From NCBI GenBank assembly GCA_963727625.1, contig CAVSHR010000004.1, positions 416,001-480,000 on the forward strand: a DNA stretch of 64,000 nucleotides. The letters run 5' to 3'. Below the pieces are notes generated by a model. It was not told the origin of the DNA. It saw only the letters and a program-made list of their open reading frames with translations, and searched no databases. Every line of letters begins with the position of its first letter. The stretch's first letter is position 1. Of this stretch, positions 30,591 to 41,042 are shown piece by piece. The DNA comes from an uncultured delta proteobacterium (lineage in GTDB: Bacteria > Desulfobacterota > Binatia > UBA9968). Both the position numbers and the translations under genes were made by a program.

Positions 30591-31852
30591 CAGCAAAAGA
30601 CTTTCAAGACTCGCTGGATTGCTTTCACCAGCACATCAATTTCCTCTATCGTATTATAAAAGGCAAATGAAGCCCGGGTCGTCGCCGGCACGCCGAAACG
30701 CTGCATGACGGGCATCGCGCAATGATGTCCGGCGCGCACCGCGACTCCTTCCTGGTCGAGAATCGTGCCCACGTCGTGGGCATGCACCTGACCTAGAACG
30801 AATGACAATACACCGGCTTTTTGTTTAGCCGTGCCGATAATTTTCAGCGCGGGAATTTCGCCGAGCGCTTCGGTCGCATAGCTCAGCAGCTCATGTTCGT
30901 GGACGGCAACTTGGTCCCAATCGAGAGCCTGTAAGTAATCGATCGCCGCGCCCAAGCCGATCACGCCGGCGATATGCGGCGTGCCAGCCTCGAATTTATA
31001 GGGCAGAACGTTGTAGTGGGTCTTTTCAAAAGTCACCAAGCTGATCATGTCGCCGCCGCCCTGGTACGGCGGCATTTTTTCAAGCAGCCCACAGCGTCCG
31101 TACAACACACCGATTCCGGTCGGCCCGAACATTTTGTGGCCCGAGAAAGCGTAGAAGTCGCAGTCTAGATCCTGCACATCGATTTTCAGATGGGGCACGG
31201 CTTGCGCGCCGTCAAGCAGCACCGGAACGCCGCGCCCGTGCGCGGTGGCAACCATCTCTTTGACCGGGGCGACGCTGCCGAGAGCGTTGGACACATGGGT
31301 CACGGCAACCAGCTTGGTACGCTCATTTAGCAGCCGCCCGTACTCCTCCATGACGATCTCACCGTCATGGTTGATTGGAATCACCCGTAATCGCGCACCC
31401 ACCTGCTCGCAAACCATCTGCCAGGGCACGATGTTCGAGTGATGCTCCATGGCGGAAACGACAATTTCGTCGCCGGCGCGCAAAAAACTGCGGCCATAAC
31501 TTTGCGCCACCAGATTGATCGCCTCCGTGGTGCCGCGCACGAAAATAATTTCCTTCTCAAAGCGCGCGTTGACGAAACCCCGGACTTTTTGTCGCGCCGC
31601 CTCGTAGGCCGCCGTCGCCTGCTCGCTCAGGAAATGCACGCCGCGATGAATATTGGAGTTCTCTACCGCGTAGTAGCGTTCGAGAGTTTCAATCACCTGG
31701 CGCGGCTTCTGACTGGTCGCGCCGTTATCGAAATAGACCAGCGGCTTGCCGTGCACCCGCTGAGCCAGAATCGGAAAATCGGCGCGGATACGCGCGACGT
31801 CGAAACCTGCCGAATCAGTTATGGAAGAAATTGCTTTCATCGAAAAATTCAC
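30590..31852 (-). CDS. sufS: Cysteine desulfurase
   Basis: DNGATSQKP, SGHKM, EAGTP, RAGHHCA. Confidence 0.96.
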   Translation of the reverse strand: MNFSMKAISSITDSAGFDVARIRADFPILAQRVHGKPLVYFDNGATSQKPRQVIETLERYYAVENSNIHRGVHFLSEQATAAYEAARQKVRGFVNARFEKEIIFVRGTTEAINLVAQSYGRSFLRAGDEIVVSAMEHHSNIVPWQMVCEQVGARLRVIPINHDGEIVMEEYGRLLNERTKLVAVTHVSNALGSVAPVKEMVATAHGRGVPVLLDGAQAVPHLKIDVQDLDCDFYAFSGHKMFGPTGIGVLYGRCGLLEKMPPYQGGGDMISLVTFEKTHYNVLPYKFEAGTPHIAGVIGLGAAIDYLQALDWDQVAVHEHELLSYATEALGEIPALKIIGTAKQKAGVLSFVLGQVHAHDVGTILDQEGVAVRAGHHCAMPVMQRFGVPATTRASFAFYNTIEEIDVLVKAIQRVLKVFC

Positions 31853-33168
31853 ACCCTGCGAAACTTCGACACCAAATAATCATTCAGCCGCCGGCGCAAG
31901 AAGTCGATCTTGATTCGCCCCACCACGTCGCTGGCGAACGCAAAGCTTAAAAGACTGCGCGCTTCGTCGAGCCCCAGGCCGCGGGAGCGCAGGTAAAACA
32001 GCGCATCGGCATCCAACTGGCCGATCGTCGAGCCATGGCTGCACTTGACGTCGTCGGCGTAAATCTCCAATTGAGGCTTGGTGTTGACCGCCGCTTGCGC
32101 CGACAAAAGCAGATTTTTATTGGTCTGGCGGGCATCGGACTTCTGCGCGTCTTTATGAACTATAATCTTACCATTAAAGACCCCGTGGGAGGCGCCGTTG
32201 AGAATTCCCTTGTAAAGCTCCAAGCTGGTCGTCCTCGGTTTGACATGCTCGATCTCCGTAAAATTGTCCACATGTTGCTTGCCATCGCCGAGATAAAGGC
32301 CATTGAGCACGCACTCGGCGCCTTCGCCGTTGAGCATAACGTGCACATTGCTGCGCACCAGCAATCCGCTCAGAGTTACGGCGTGGGCCGTCAGATGACA
32401 ACCGCGCGACAAACTCACGTCCAGCGTGCCCATGTGAAAAGCCGATTCCCCTTCGCACTGCAATCGGTAATATTCGACGATCGCATCGGCCTCGGCGACC
32501 AATTCGGTCACGGCGTTGCAAAAATATGTCCCGCCGTTCACGCTCGCATAACTTTCAACGATTTTCGCCTCGCTGCCGGCGCCCAGCATAATCAAAGTGC
32601 GCGGATGAGCGACGATCTGCCGATCTCTTACGCTCGCGGCATAAACCACGTAGATCGGCTGAGATAGCCGAAAACCTGGCTCCACCACGATCACCGCGCC
32701 GTCGTCGAAAAAAGCCGTGTTTAGCGCCACAAAGGCTTGACGTCGATGCTCGGCGTAACGCCCTAAGCGCTCTGGAAGCACCGGGTTATTCCGTTCGATC
32801 CAATCTGCCAAAGAGCTTACCCGCACGCCGGCGGGCAAGCTGTCGGTCGACGAGAGTTCCGGCGCATAAACCCCGTTGACGAATACCAGGCGCGGGGCGG
32901 CGGCATCGACGCACGCGTGAGACAAAATCTCCCCGACACCGACATTTTTGGCTTCGCCATTGCTGAAAACGAAAGGCAACGACACCACCGGTTCAACGTT
33001 GGTATATTTCCAATCTTCGTTTTTTGTCGTTGGAAATCCGAGCGAGGCGAAGCTCGCCATCGACGCCTGGCGCAACTCCTCGAGCCATTCTGGACCGCGG
33101 GTTTCTGCCGTCCGGCGCTCTTTGAAGGTGGCTATATAGCGTTCAGCGCTTTGCATTGCTTGCGTCAT
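31849..33168 (-). CDS. sufD: Fe-S cluster assembly protein SufD
   Basis: FPTTKNEDWKYT, KPQLEIYADDVKCSHG, FYLRSRG. Confidence 0.93.
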   Translation of the reverse strand: MTQAMQSAERYIATFKERRTAETRGPEWLEELRQASMASFASLGFPTTKNEDWKYTNVEPVVSLPFVFSNGEAKNVGVGEILSHACVDAAAPRLVFVNGVYAPELSSTDSLPAGVRVSSLADWIERNNPVLPERLGRYAEHRRQAFVALNTAFFDDGAVIVVEPGFRLSQPIYVVYAASVRDRQIVAHPRTLIMLGAGSEAKIVESYASVNGGTYFCNAVTELVAEADAIVEYYRLQCEGESAFHMGTLDVSLSRGCHLTAHAVTLSGLLVRSNVHVMLNGEGAECVLNGLYLGDGKQHVDNFTEIEHVKPRTTSLELYKGILNGASHGVFNGKIIVHKDAQKSDARQTNKNLLLSAQAAVNTKPQLEIYADDVKCSHGSTIGQLDADALFYLRSRGLGLDEARSLLSFAFASDVVGRIKIDFLRRRLNDYLVSKFRRV

Positions 33169-33188
33169 TTTTAAAGACCCGGGGCGAT

Positions 33189-33947
33189 TCAATGAACCAC
33201 AGCCACTTCGCCTTTGATCCAATCGTAACCTTTGCTTTCCAACTCAAGCGCCAGCTCTTTGGTACCGGACTTGACGATACGCCCGTCGTAAAGCACGTGG
33301 ATAAAATCCGGAACAATGTAGTCCAACAAACGCTGGTAGTGGGTGATCACGATCATGGCGCGGTCCTTGCCGCGCAGCGCGTTGACGCCGTTGGCGACGA
33401 TGCGCAGGGCGTCGATATCAAGACCCGAGTCGGTTTCGTCGAGCAACGCGAGCGTCGGCCCCAACACCGCCATCTGCAAAATTTCATTGCGTTTCTTTTC
33501 GCCGCCGGAGAATCCCTCATTGAGCGGCCGGTTGATCAGCGCCTGATCCATTTCGACCAGCTTCATTTTGTCTTTGATGAGCTCCAGAAATTCCATAGCG
33601 TCGAGCTCTTCCAAACCCCGGTGCTTGCGCACCGAGTTGAGCGCCGCTTTGAGAAAATAGGTCGTGCTGACTCCGGGGATTTCAACCGGGTACTGAAAGG
33701 CCAGAAAAATCCCCTCCCGGGCGCGATTCTCCGGGCTCATGGCCAACAGATCCTTGCCTTGATAAGTTACCTGTCCGCCGGTCACTACGTAGTTTTCCCG
33801 ACCTGACAAAACATGCGCCAGAGTGCTCTTTCCCGAACCGTTAGGGCCCATAATGGCATGCACTTCACCGGCACCGACGTGAAGATCAATGCCCCGGAGG
33901 ATTTCCTTGCTGCCCACTTTTGCCTTGAGCCCCTCAATGTCTAACAT
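33189..33947 (-). CDS. sufC: Fe-S cluster assembly ATPase
   Basis: GPNGSGKST, FQYPVEIPG, FSGGEKKRNE, DETDSGLDIDAL. Confidence 0.97.
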   Translation of the reverse strand: MLDIEGLKAKVGSKEILRGIDLHVGAGEVHAIMGPNGSGKSTLAHVLSGRENYVVTGGQVTYQGKDLLAMSPENRAREGIFLAFQYPVEIPGVSTTYFLKAALNSVRKHRGLEELDAMEFLELIKDKMKLVEMDQALINRPLNEGFSGGEKKRNEILQMAVLGPTLALLDETDSGLDIDALRIVANGVNALRGKDRAMIVITHYQRLLDYIVPDFIHVLYDGRIVKSGTKELALELESKGYDWIKGEVAVVH

Positions 33948-33975
33948 GCGCAATCCTTTCAAACGTCTTTGGCAG

Positions 33976-34470
33976 TCAAACTGCCTTCTGCAGTGGCACT
34001 TTAACCAAGCGATCCTTGAGCCCCTGGCGATCGGCGATTTCTGCAACGGTCACGCCGGACAGAAACTGGGCGAGCACCTCTTGGGCCTTTTCCCACACTG
34101 ATTTTTGCGAGCACACCGCGCAGAAAGAACAGTAATTGGCGCCTTTCTCCAAACATTCCATCAACACCAGCGGCCGCTCGACGGTTTCGTAAATATCCTT
34201 GATCGAAATTGCGCCGGCACCTTTCGCCAGAGTAAATCCGCCCTTGGAGCCGATGTGTGATCGCACCAGCCCCCCGGCAACCAAATCCTTCATGATCTTT
34301 GAGAGATAGAACGAAGGAATATCCTGGCTCTTTTCGATATCGGCGCGGCTTACGACTTTTTCCGCCGGCTGCCCAGCTAGGTAAGATAGAGCGCGCACCG
34401 CGTAGTCCACCCGCCGCCCCACATTCATCAGGGAACTACGTTCGCTTCTTGGCTTGTTTGTTTTCGCCAT
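33976..34470 (-). CDS. Rrf2 family transcriptional regulator (IscR/SufR-like)
   Basis: DYAVRAL, winged HTH G..GG, C-x7-C-x2-C-x2-C cluster. Alternative start at 34428. Confidence 0.92.
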   Translation of the reverse strand: MAKTNKPRSERSSLMNVGRRVDYAVRALSYLAGQPAEKVVSRADIEKSQDIPSFYLSKIMKDLVAGGLVRSHIGSKGGFTLAKGAGAISIKDIYETVERPLVLMECLEKGANYCSFCAVCSQKSVWEKAQEVLAQFLSGVTVAEIADRQGLKDRLVKVPLQKAV

Positions 34471-34483
34471 CACTCGGTTTTTA

Positions 34484-34513
34484 AATATAGACTCCTTAGG
34501 TCTTTGTTGTCAA
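34484..34513 (-). promoter_or_regulatory. Sigma70-type promoter of the suf operon with a palindromic operator in the spacer
   Basis: Minus strand TTGACA-N18-TATATT. ATAGAC-N7-GTCTTT inverted repeat at 34487-34505. Confidence 0.65.
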
Positions 34514-34567
34514 GGTCACGCGCTGATGTCTTTCTCAGCGCGTTGCCCTGTGCTAGGGAATATTCTT

Positions 34568-35107
34568 ATGTCGATATTGAAAGTCACTCGTCTCGGTCAT
34601 CCGGTTTTGCGCAAAGTCACCGAAACCGTCGTCCGGCGTGATCTCAAATCGTTGGCCATGCAAAAATTTATCGACGACATGGTCGAAACCATGAAGGAAT
34701 ACGACGGCGTCGGATTGGCCGCCGATCAGGTCTTCGAATCGAAACAAATTGCCGTTTTCGAGGTCGCGGACAACCCGCGCTATCCCGACAAACCACAAGT
34801 TCCCTTGACGGTGTTGGTAAACCCGAGATTTATGCCGCTGTCCGATGCCGAGGAAGAGGACTGGGAAGGCTGTCTCAGCATTCCGGATTTGCGCGGCCGG
34901 GTACCGCGCTACAAGAGCATCCGGGTGCAGGCGCTCGACCGCCAAGGGAACCAAATCGACTTCGTCGCCAAAGATTTCCATGCCCGGGTGGTTCAACACG
35001 AGGTCGATCATTTATACGGCAAAGTCTATCTCGACCGCATGCGCGACTTCACGACACTGACCTTCCTGCAAGAGTTTGCCCGTTACTGGCTGCATACGGC
35101 CGATTAG
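34568..35107 (+). CDS. def: Peptide deformylase
   Basis: GVGLAA.Q, EGCLS, QHEVDH. Confidence 0.95.
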   Translation: MSILKVTRLGHPVLRKVTETVVRRDLKSLAMQKFIDDMVETMKEYDGVGLAADQVFESKQIAVFEVADNPRYPDKPQVPLTVLVNPRFMPLSDAEEEDWEGCLSIPDLRGRVPRYKSIRVQALDRQGNQIDFVAKDFHARVVQHEVDHLYGKVYLDRMRDFTTLTFLQEFARYWLHTAD

Positions 35108-35158
35108 CGTGGGCGCGGCGTCGTTGAGTTTCCCGTCCTGAAAAGTTACAGTCGCGAA

Positions 35159-36454
35159 ATGGATTATCCCGCGCTTACAACGTCGCTTGAAAGACTGATC
35201 CGCACCGTCGCTCAACCCACCGCGCAGATTTTGGATCGCGCGCTATCGGGGCATGATCTCAGCGTCGACGATGCGGCCTTTCTGTTCGATGCCGAAGGCA
35301 CGGATCTCTTAGCGATGATCGCCGCCGCCGACGAGTTGCGCGCCCGTACCGTCGGTGATGTAGTGACTTACGTTATCAATCGCAACATCAATTTCACCAA
35401 CGTGTGCGTCAAAGCCTGCGGCTTTTGCGCCTTCAGCCGGGGTCATCTGGCGGAGGAAGGTTATTTTCTTCCGGTCGAGGAAATTATTCGACGCGCCACG
35501 GAAGCTTACGAGCTCGGCGCCACCGAAGTATGCGTGCAGGCCGGCCTAGCGCCGGGGATAGACGGCTGGCATTACGTCAAGCTCTGCCGGGCGTTAAAGG
35601 AAGCTCTGCCTGACGTGCACATTCACGGCTTTTCTCCCGAGGAAGTGCTCTATGGCTCAACGCTCACGGGAGTGAGCATTCGCGAGTATCTGCTTGCGCT
35701 CAAAGACGCTGGCGTCGGCAGCCTACCGGGCACGTCAGCGGAAGTTTTGGTGGATGAGATCCGTCAACGAGTCTCGCCGGGACGGATAGCCACTTCCCAA
35801 TGGATCGACCTGATCCAAACGGCGCATGAGGTTGGCATCAAAACGACGACGACGATCATGTATGGCCATATCGAAAGCTCCGTCGATAAGGCGACTCATT
35901 TAAATATTCTGCGCGAAATCCAGAAGCGCACCGGTGGCATCACTGAATTCGTGCCGCTGAGCTTTGTTTATGAAGAGGCGCCGATGTTTCACCGCAAACC
36001 GCTTGCCGGCCTGCGCCACGGCGCCAGCGGCGCTGAAGTGATGAAGATGTACGCTGTGTCGCGCTTGATGCTCAACAACTATATTCCAAATTTGCAGGTG
36101 TCCTGGGTCAAGGAAGGCCCCAAGCTGTCACAGATTGCGTTGCTCGCCGGCGCCAACGATTTCGGCGGCACGCTGATCAACGAGAGCATTTCGACCGCTG
36201 CGGGCGCCGCACATGGACAGCTGATGAAGCCGTCACAGTTCCGCGACATGATCCGCGAGATGGGCCGCATTCCCGCCGAGCGCTCAACGACCTATCAGAA
36301 AATTCGCGTATTCGAGTCCGAAGATCAGCACTGTGACCTGCTCGATGAAGTCAATGACCCCTCACAACGCTTCGGTTCCTATCAGAATCTCATTCGGCTC
36401 AAAGAATACCGCTTTCGAGATTTTTACCGCGAGCAGAAGATCACCAAGCATTGA
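35159..36454 (+). CDS. cofH: FO synthase subunit CofH (radical SAM)
   Basis: NRNINFTNVC..C.FCAF, PGTSAE, QVSWVK, DFGGTLINESI..AAGA. Confidence 0.82.
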   Translation: MDYPALTTSLERLIRTVAQPTAQILDRALSGHDLSVDDAAFLFDAEGTDLLAMIAAADELRARTVGDVVTYVINRNINFTNVCVKACGFCAFSRGHLAEEGYFLPVEEIIRRATEAYELGATEVCVQAGLAPGIDGWHYVKLCRALKEALPDVHIHGFSPEEVLYGSTLTGVSIREYLLALKDAGVGSLPGTSAEVLVDEIRQRVSPGRIATSQWIDLIQTAHEVGIKTTTTIMYGHIESSVDKATHLNILREIQKRTGGITEFVPLSFVYEEAPMFHRKPLAGLRHGASGAEVMKMYAVSRLMLNNYIPNLQVSWVKEGPKLSQIALLAGANDFGGTLINESISTAAGAAHGQLMKPSQFRDMIREMGRIPAERSTTYQKIRVFESEDQHCDLLDEVNDPSQRFGSYQNLIRLKEYRFRDFYREQKITKH

Positions 36455-36497
36455 GCCGTCCCGCGCGCCAGCGCGCAGCGCACATTTCCGCACAACC

Positions 36498-37103
36498 ATG
36501 ATCGGCAATCCCGCTCAGTTCGAAGCGATCGGCAATCGCCTGGGCTTTCGTGCCGTGCAGCAAGCCCCGCAAAAGCTTTTATGGCGTTGGCAAGGCGCCC
36601 GCTTCCCCGCGTTTCTCTGCCTGGGTATCGCTTTGTTGTTGCTTTTCGTCTCCGTGCCAATTTTAGAAGCGCTGCGCCAGCGCGGTTTCGTTGGACCGGC
36701 CGGATCTCTCTGGTACTTTCCGCTGATGAACCTCATCCTCTTCGGAATCTCGCTCTTTTTATTAACCCAGCGGCGCACCATCGAACTCGACAACGACAAG
36801 CGCAAAATCATCTTGCGCCGCCAAAGCCTTTACCGCACGAATCTGCTGGTCGCGAGCTATGACGAGGTTGACAAAGTGAGCCTCGGCATCGACCGAGTCT
36901 ACAGCGGTTTTGCCATCGGTGGCTCCACCGCCGCGGAAAAATTCCCCGTACCGGCTTTACGCATCACATTTAAAAGCGGCCAAAACGTCCTGCTCGACCG
37001 CAGCAGCTTTCGGCGTTTGATCGAGATCGCTAAGCCTATAAGCGAGCACATGGAAAGACCCCTCGAGATTGATCCGGAGTTGCAGATGCAATCGAAGGGT
37101 TGA
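36498..37103 (+). CDS. Hypothetical membrane protein (2 TM plus soluble domain)
   Basis: Two hydrophobic segments in a clean ORF downstream of cofH. Confidence 0.65.
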   Translation: MIGNPAQFEAIGNRLGFRAVQQAPQKLLWRWQGARFPAFLCLGIALLLLFVSVPILEALRQRGFVGPAGSLWYFPLMNLILFGISLFLLTQRRTIELDNDKRKIILRRQSLYRTNLLVASYDEVDKVSLGIDRVYSGFAIGGSTAAEKFPVPALRITFKSGQNVLLDRSSFRRLIEIAKPISEHMERPLEIDPELQMQSKG

Positions 37104-37137
37104 ATCCGCCGGGTCATTTAATCGAAAAGAAAGCGAA

Positions 37138-37857
37138 TCAACTCATTGGCGTACGCGCAATAAGGTCGTGCAGCTGCGCGATAGCTTTCTTGACGCCCTC
37201 TTGGACGAGCTGAGCAGCGCTCAGCCATCGGATGCCGCGCTGGCCGACTTCGCCGATGGCAAAGATATTATCAGTGAGCGATTTTTGGGTTTCATCGAAG
37301 CGGGCCGACCAAATCACATCGCCGCGTCGCACGTCGATCAAGTCCAGGACGAAGCCCACCGAGGCCGGGCTTTTAGCCCCCCACTCATCGCCCACCCGCT
37401 CGCGGTAACGCTGCACCCTGCCGATGATCACCGCATCGGCGTAAACCATTTCGCCGATTTGCCGCAAACGGACCATTTCTTTGCCGGCTGGCGAAGACTG
37501 ACTCACCTCACGCACTTCGGCGTCCGAAATGATTTGCCAGTTGGGCATCGAGGCCATGACCGAATAGATGCTGCGCGCCAGGGTTTCCGGCGCATCCTCC
37601 GCCGCTGTTCTGGGGCCACGCGTCGTCCCCAGTGGCAGCTTGGGACGCGCCTCACCGCCTAAAATTCCAGCTGGTAGCACCGCTATTCGGCGGATTCGAC
37701 GGCTTTCCAGGTCCGACGAATAGCGGCTTTGAATGGTGCCGGGGCCAATGCTGCACGCTGCCGCAACCAACAAAAAAACCGGGAGGAGCGTCACCAGCCA
37801 CAGCACCCTCGAATAAACCACCCGGGTATAGATCGCAAGATTCGAATGATGGTCCAT
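37138..37857 (-). CDS. Hypothetical lipoprotein
   Basis: Lipobox-like VAAAC followed by an IAVLP alpha/beta domain. Co-oriented with aspS. Confidence 0.7.
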   Translation of the reverse strand: MDHHSNLAIYTRVVYSRVLWLVTLLPVFLLVAAACSIGPGTIQSRYSSDLESRRIRRIAVLPAGILGGEARPKLPLGTTRGPRTAAEDAPETLARSIYSVMASMPNWQIISDAEVREVSQSSPAGKEMVRLRQIGEMVYADAVIIGRVQRYRERVGDEWGAKSPASVGFVLDLIDVRRGDVIWSARFDETQKSLTDNIFAIGEVGQRGIRWLSAAQLVQEGVKKAIAQLHDLIARTPMS

Positions 37858-37864
37858 CGGCAGA

Positions 37865-39673
37865 TTACTTTCCGACCGCCGCTACGCGAATCCCCAACTC
37901 GCGCAGCTGGCGCGGTTCGACGGCGGACGGTGCATCGGTCAGCAGACAAACCGCGCGCTGGCTTTTCGGAAAGGCGATCACGTCGCGTAGAGACTTGGCC
38001 CCGCTCAGGAGCATCGCCAGGCGATCGATGCCGAAGGCAATGCCGCCATGCGGCGGTGCGCCGAAACTCAGCGCTTCAAGGAAAAAACCAAATTTCAATT
38101 CCGCTTCCTCGGCGCCAATGCCCATTAGGCTGAGAATCTTTTTCTGCAATTCGACTTGGTGGATTCGAATGCTACCGCCGCCGATCTCCACGCCGTTAAG
38201 CGCCAGGTCGTAGGCCTTCGATTGCGCCTTCGACGGATCGCTGTCGAGCAAAGCGAGATCCTCATCCAACGGCGCGGTGAATGGATGATGCAAGGCGACG
38301 TAACGCTTTTGTTCGGGGTCGAACTCCATCAGCGGAAAATCCACTACCCACACCAGCACAAATTCATCCTCAGGGATCAGCCCGAGCTTTTCGCCGAGCT
38401 GCATGCGCAAATTGCCCAACGCATCGTGGACGATCTTGGCGCTGTCGGCTGAGAACAAAACTACGTCGCCGACCCGGGCGCCGGCGATGCGCTCAATTTC
38501 TTTTTGCTCGGTCTCTGAAAGAAATTTAGCGATCGGCGACTGCCATCCTTCACCGGTGATCTTGGTCCAGGCAATCCCTTTGGCGCCGAAGGTCGCCACG
38601 AACGGTGTCATATCGTCCAAATCCTTGCGCGACATTTCGCCACCTTTAGGGATTCGGATGCCTTTGACCACGCCACCCTTTTGAATTGCCGTGGCAAACA
38701 CCTTGGCCTGGGAGTTGCGCAACGCGTCGGTGAAGTCACGGATCTCCAATCCGAAACGGAGATCAGGCTTGTCTGATCCGTAGCGATTCATCGCCTCTTC
38801 ATAGGTCAAGCGTTGGAACGGCCGCTTGAGCTCGATGCCCTTCAACTCCTTGAATAGCAAGGCGATCATACCCTCGACGACCTCCATCACGTCTTCCGAC
38901 TGGACAAAGGACAGCTCCATATCGAGCTGGGTGAATTCAGGCTGGCGGTCGGCGCGCAGGTCTTCGTCGCGAAAACACTTCACGATTTGAAAATAACGGT
39001 CCAGGCCGCCGACCATTAAAATCTGCTTGAACAGCTGCGGCGACTGGGGCAGAGCGTAGAACTTACCGGGGTAGATCCGGCTCGGCACGAGATAATCGCG
39101 CGCCCCTTCCGGAGTGCTCTTGGTCAGCACCGGCGTCTCGACGTCGATAAAGCCGTGGCCGTCGAGATAGTCACGGATCAATTTGGTCATGCGGTAACGC
39201 AGCAAGAGAGGACCCAGGCTCTGCGGCCGGCGCAAATCGAGATAGCGATACTTTAGCCGGGTGTTCTCGTTGGCGTCGGTTTCGTCTTCGACGATGAACG
39301 GCGGCACTTGCGACGCGTTGAGCAGTCGCAGCTCCCGGCAAACCAGCTCCACTTCCCCGGTTACAAGCTCGGGATTGATCGTCTCGGGCGATCTCCTCTC
39401 GAGCCTGCCGCGCACGGCGAGAACGTCTTCGGAACGGATCAGTTTGGCCTTCTCGTGCGCTGCCGCGTCGACTTCCGGCCGGAACACCACTTGGCAGATA
39501 CCGCTGCGGTCGCGCAGATCGACGAAAATCACCCCGCCATGGTCGCGCCGGCTGTGCACCCAACCGGCCAAGGTCATTTCTTTGCCGACCTCACTTCCGC
39601 GCGGCTCGCCGCAATAACAACTGCGCTTCCAATTGCCCAACTGGTCGTTAAACACCCGCTCCGTCGCCATCAA
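37865..39673 (-). CDS. aspS: Aspartate--tRNA ligase
   Basis: RRDHGG (non-discriminating-type His), [24 protein letters not shown]. Confidence 0.98.
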   Translation of the reverse strand: MMATERVFNDQLGNWKRSCYCGEPRGSEVGKEMTLAGWVHSRRDHGGVIFVDLRDRSGICQVVFRPEVDAAAHEKAKLIRSEDVLAVRGRLERRSPETINPELVTGEVELVCRELRLLNASQVPPFIVEDETDANENTRLKYRYLDLRRPQSLGPLLLRYRMTKLIRDYLDGHGFIDVETPVLTKSTPEGARDYLVPSRIYPGKFYALPQSPQLFKQILMVGGLDRYFQIVKCFRDEDLRADRQPEFTQLDMELSFVQSEDVMEVVEGMIALLFKELKGIELKRPFQRLTYEEAMNRYGSDKPDLRFGLEIRDFTDALRNSQAKVFATAIQKGGVVKGIRIPKGGEMSRKDLDDMTPFVATFGAKGIAWTKITGEGWQSPIAKFLSETEQKEIERIAGARVGDVVLFSADSAKIVHDALGNLRMQLGEKLGLIPEDEFVLVWVVDFPLMEFDPEQKRYVALHHPFTAPLDEDLALLDSDPSKAQSKAYDLALNGVEIGGGSIRIHQVELQKKILSLMGIGAEEAELKFGFFLEALSFGAPPHGGIAFGIDRLAMLLSGAKSLRDVIAFPKSQRAVCLLTDAPSAVEPRQLRELGIRVAAVGK

Positions 39674-40953
39674 CTCGCCTTCCTCGCCGTCAACACAGCC
39701 TCCAAACGGTCCAATTTGATTTCTTCTTGCTGCTTGCTCGCCATGTCGCGCACCAGCGCCACGCCTCTATTGAGTTCGTCATCGCCAACGATCAATACCG
39801 AATCCGCCCTGAACTTGTCGGCCCGTCTCATTTGGCTCTTCAAGCTGCGCGTCTCGCCTTCCATTTCCACAGTCACGTTTTTTTGGCGCAATTGATGCAC
39901 CAGCGGGAACGCCCAATCGCGCGCTTTCTCCCCGACCCAAACGACGTAGACCGCCGGGCCACCGATGGTCCCGCGTTCTTGCAACTTGAGCAGCATGGTA
40001 AGGCGTTCGACACCCATCGCGAAACCTACGCCGGGAATCGCCGGCCCGCCGAGCTCTTGCACCAGGCCGTCGTAACGGCCGCCCGCCGCCACCGCGCTCT
40101 GTGCGCCCAGCAATGCGGTCGTCCACTCGAAAGTGGTACGGCAATAGTAGTCCAAGCCCCGAACCATCCGCGGATTGAGAGTAAAATTCACTTCGGTAGC
40201 GCGAAGCAAACGTTGCACCATCGCAAAGTGATCTAGACAAGCCGCACATAGCGAATCGAGGATCGACGGCGCATCCCGGGTCGCGTCAATGCAGCCGGGT
40301 TCCTTGCAATCGAGCACGCGCAACGGATTGCGCTCCATGCGCCGCCGGCAATTGTGGCATAGCACGTCCCGGCACTGTTGCAGAAACGACAGCAGCCTTT
40401 CCCGATACTTGGGCCGGCACTCGCCGTCTCCAAGAGAATTAAGCTGCAAGGATGGTTCGGTGAGTCCCAGACCGCGAAACAAATCGTTGAGCAAAAGCAA
40501 TATCTCGGCGTCGATGAATGGATCGCCGCGTCCGAGCGCTTCGGCGCCGATCTGGTGAAACTGGCGCATCCTGCCCTTCTGCGGCCGTTCACGCCGAAAC
40601 ATCGGACCGAGGTAGTAGAGCTTGCGCACCGGTTCGACTTTAAACATCTCCGCTTCTATGTACGCACGCACGACGCCGGCAGTGCCTTCCGGCCGGAGCG
40701 TGAGCTTGGTTGCCTCGGTGGATTCCGGATTGCGCGCGTCGCGATCCTCGAAGGTGTACATTTCTTTCTCGACGATATCCGTGGTCTCTCCGATGGAACG
40801 ACTGAACAGCTCGGTCTTCTCCAAAATCGGAATGCGGATCTCGGCATAATTATAGGCGCCAAAGACCTGGCGAGCGGTTGCCTCCATCGCCTGCCACAGC
40901 TCCACGTCGCCTGGCAGGATGTCCGCGAATCCCCTAATACTGGTAACCTTCAT
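39670..40953 (-). CDS. hisS: Histidine--tRNA ligase
   Basis: LRPEGTA, RGLDYY, GGRYDGL. Confidence 0.98.
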   Translation of the reverse strand: MKVTSIRGFADILPGDVELWQAMEATARQVFGAYNYAEIRIPILEKTELFSRSIGETTDIVEKEMYTFEDRDARNPESTEATKLTLRPEGTAGVVRAYIEAEMFKVEPVRKLYYLGPMFRRERPQKGRMRQFHQIGAEALGRGDPFIDAEILLLLNDLFRGLGLTEPSLQLNSLGDGECRPKYRERLLSFLQQCRDVLCHNCRRRMERNPLRVLDCKEPGCIDATRDAPSILDSLCAACLDHFAMVQRLLRATEVNFTLNPRMVRGLDYYCRTTFEWTTALLGAQSAVAAGGRYDGLVQELGGPAIPGVGFAMGVERLTMLLKLQERGTIGGPAVYVVWVGEKARDWAFPLVHQLRQKNVTVEMEGETRSLKSQMRRADKFRADSVLIVGDDELNRGVALVRDMASKQQEEIKLDRLEAVLTARKAS

Positions 40954-41042
40954 ACTTCCTTTGGGCGGGCGTTCAATCAAAACACCATAAGAATGTTAGC
41001 AGGTCAAGCTGAGCCGAAGGGTGCGCCAGATACAACCCGCGG

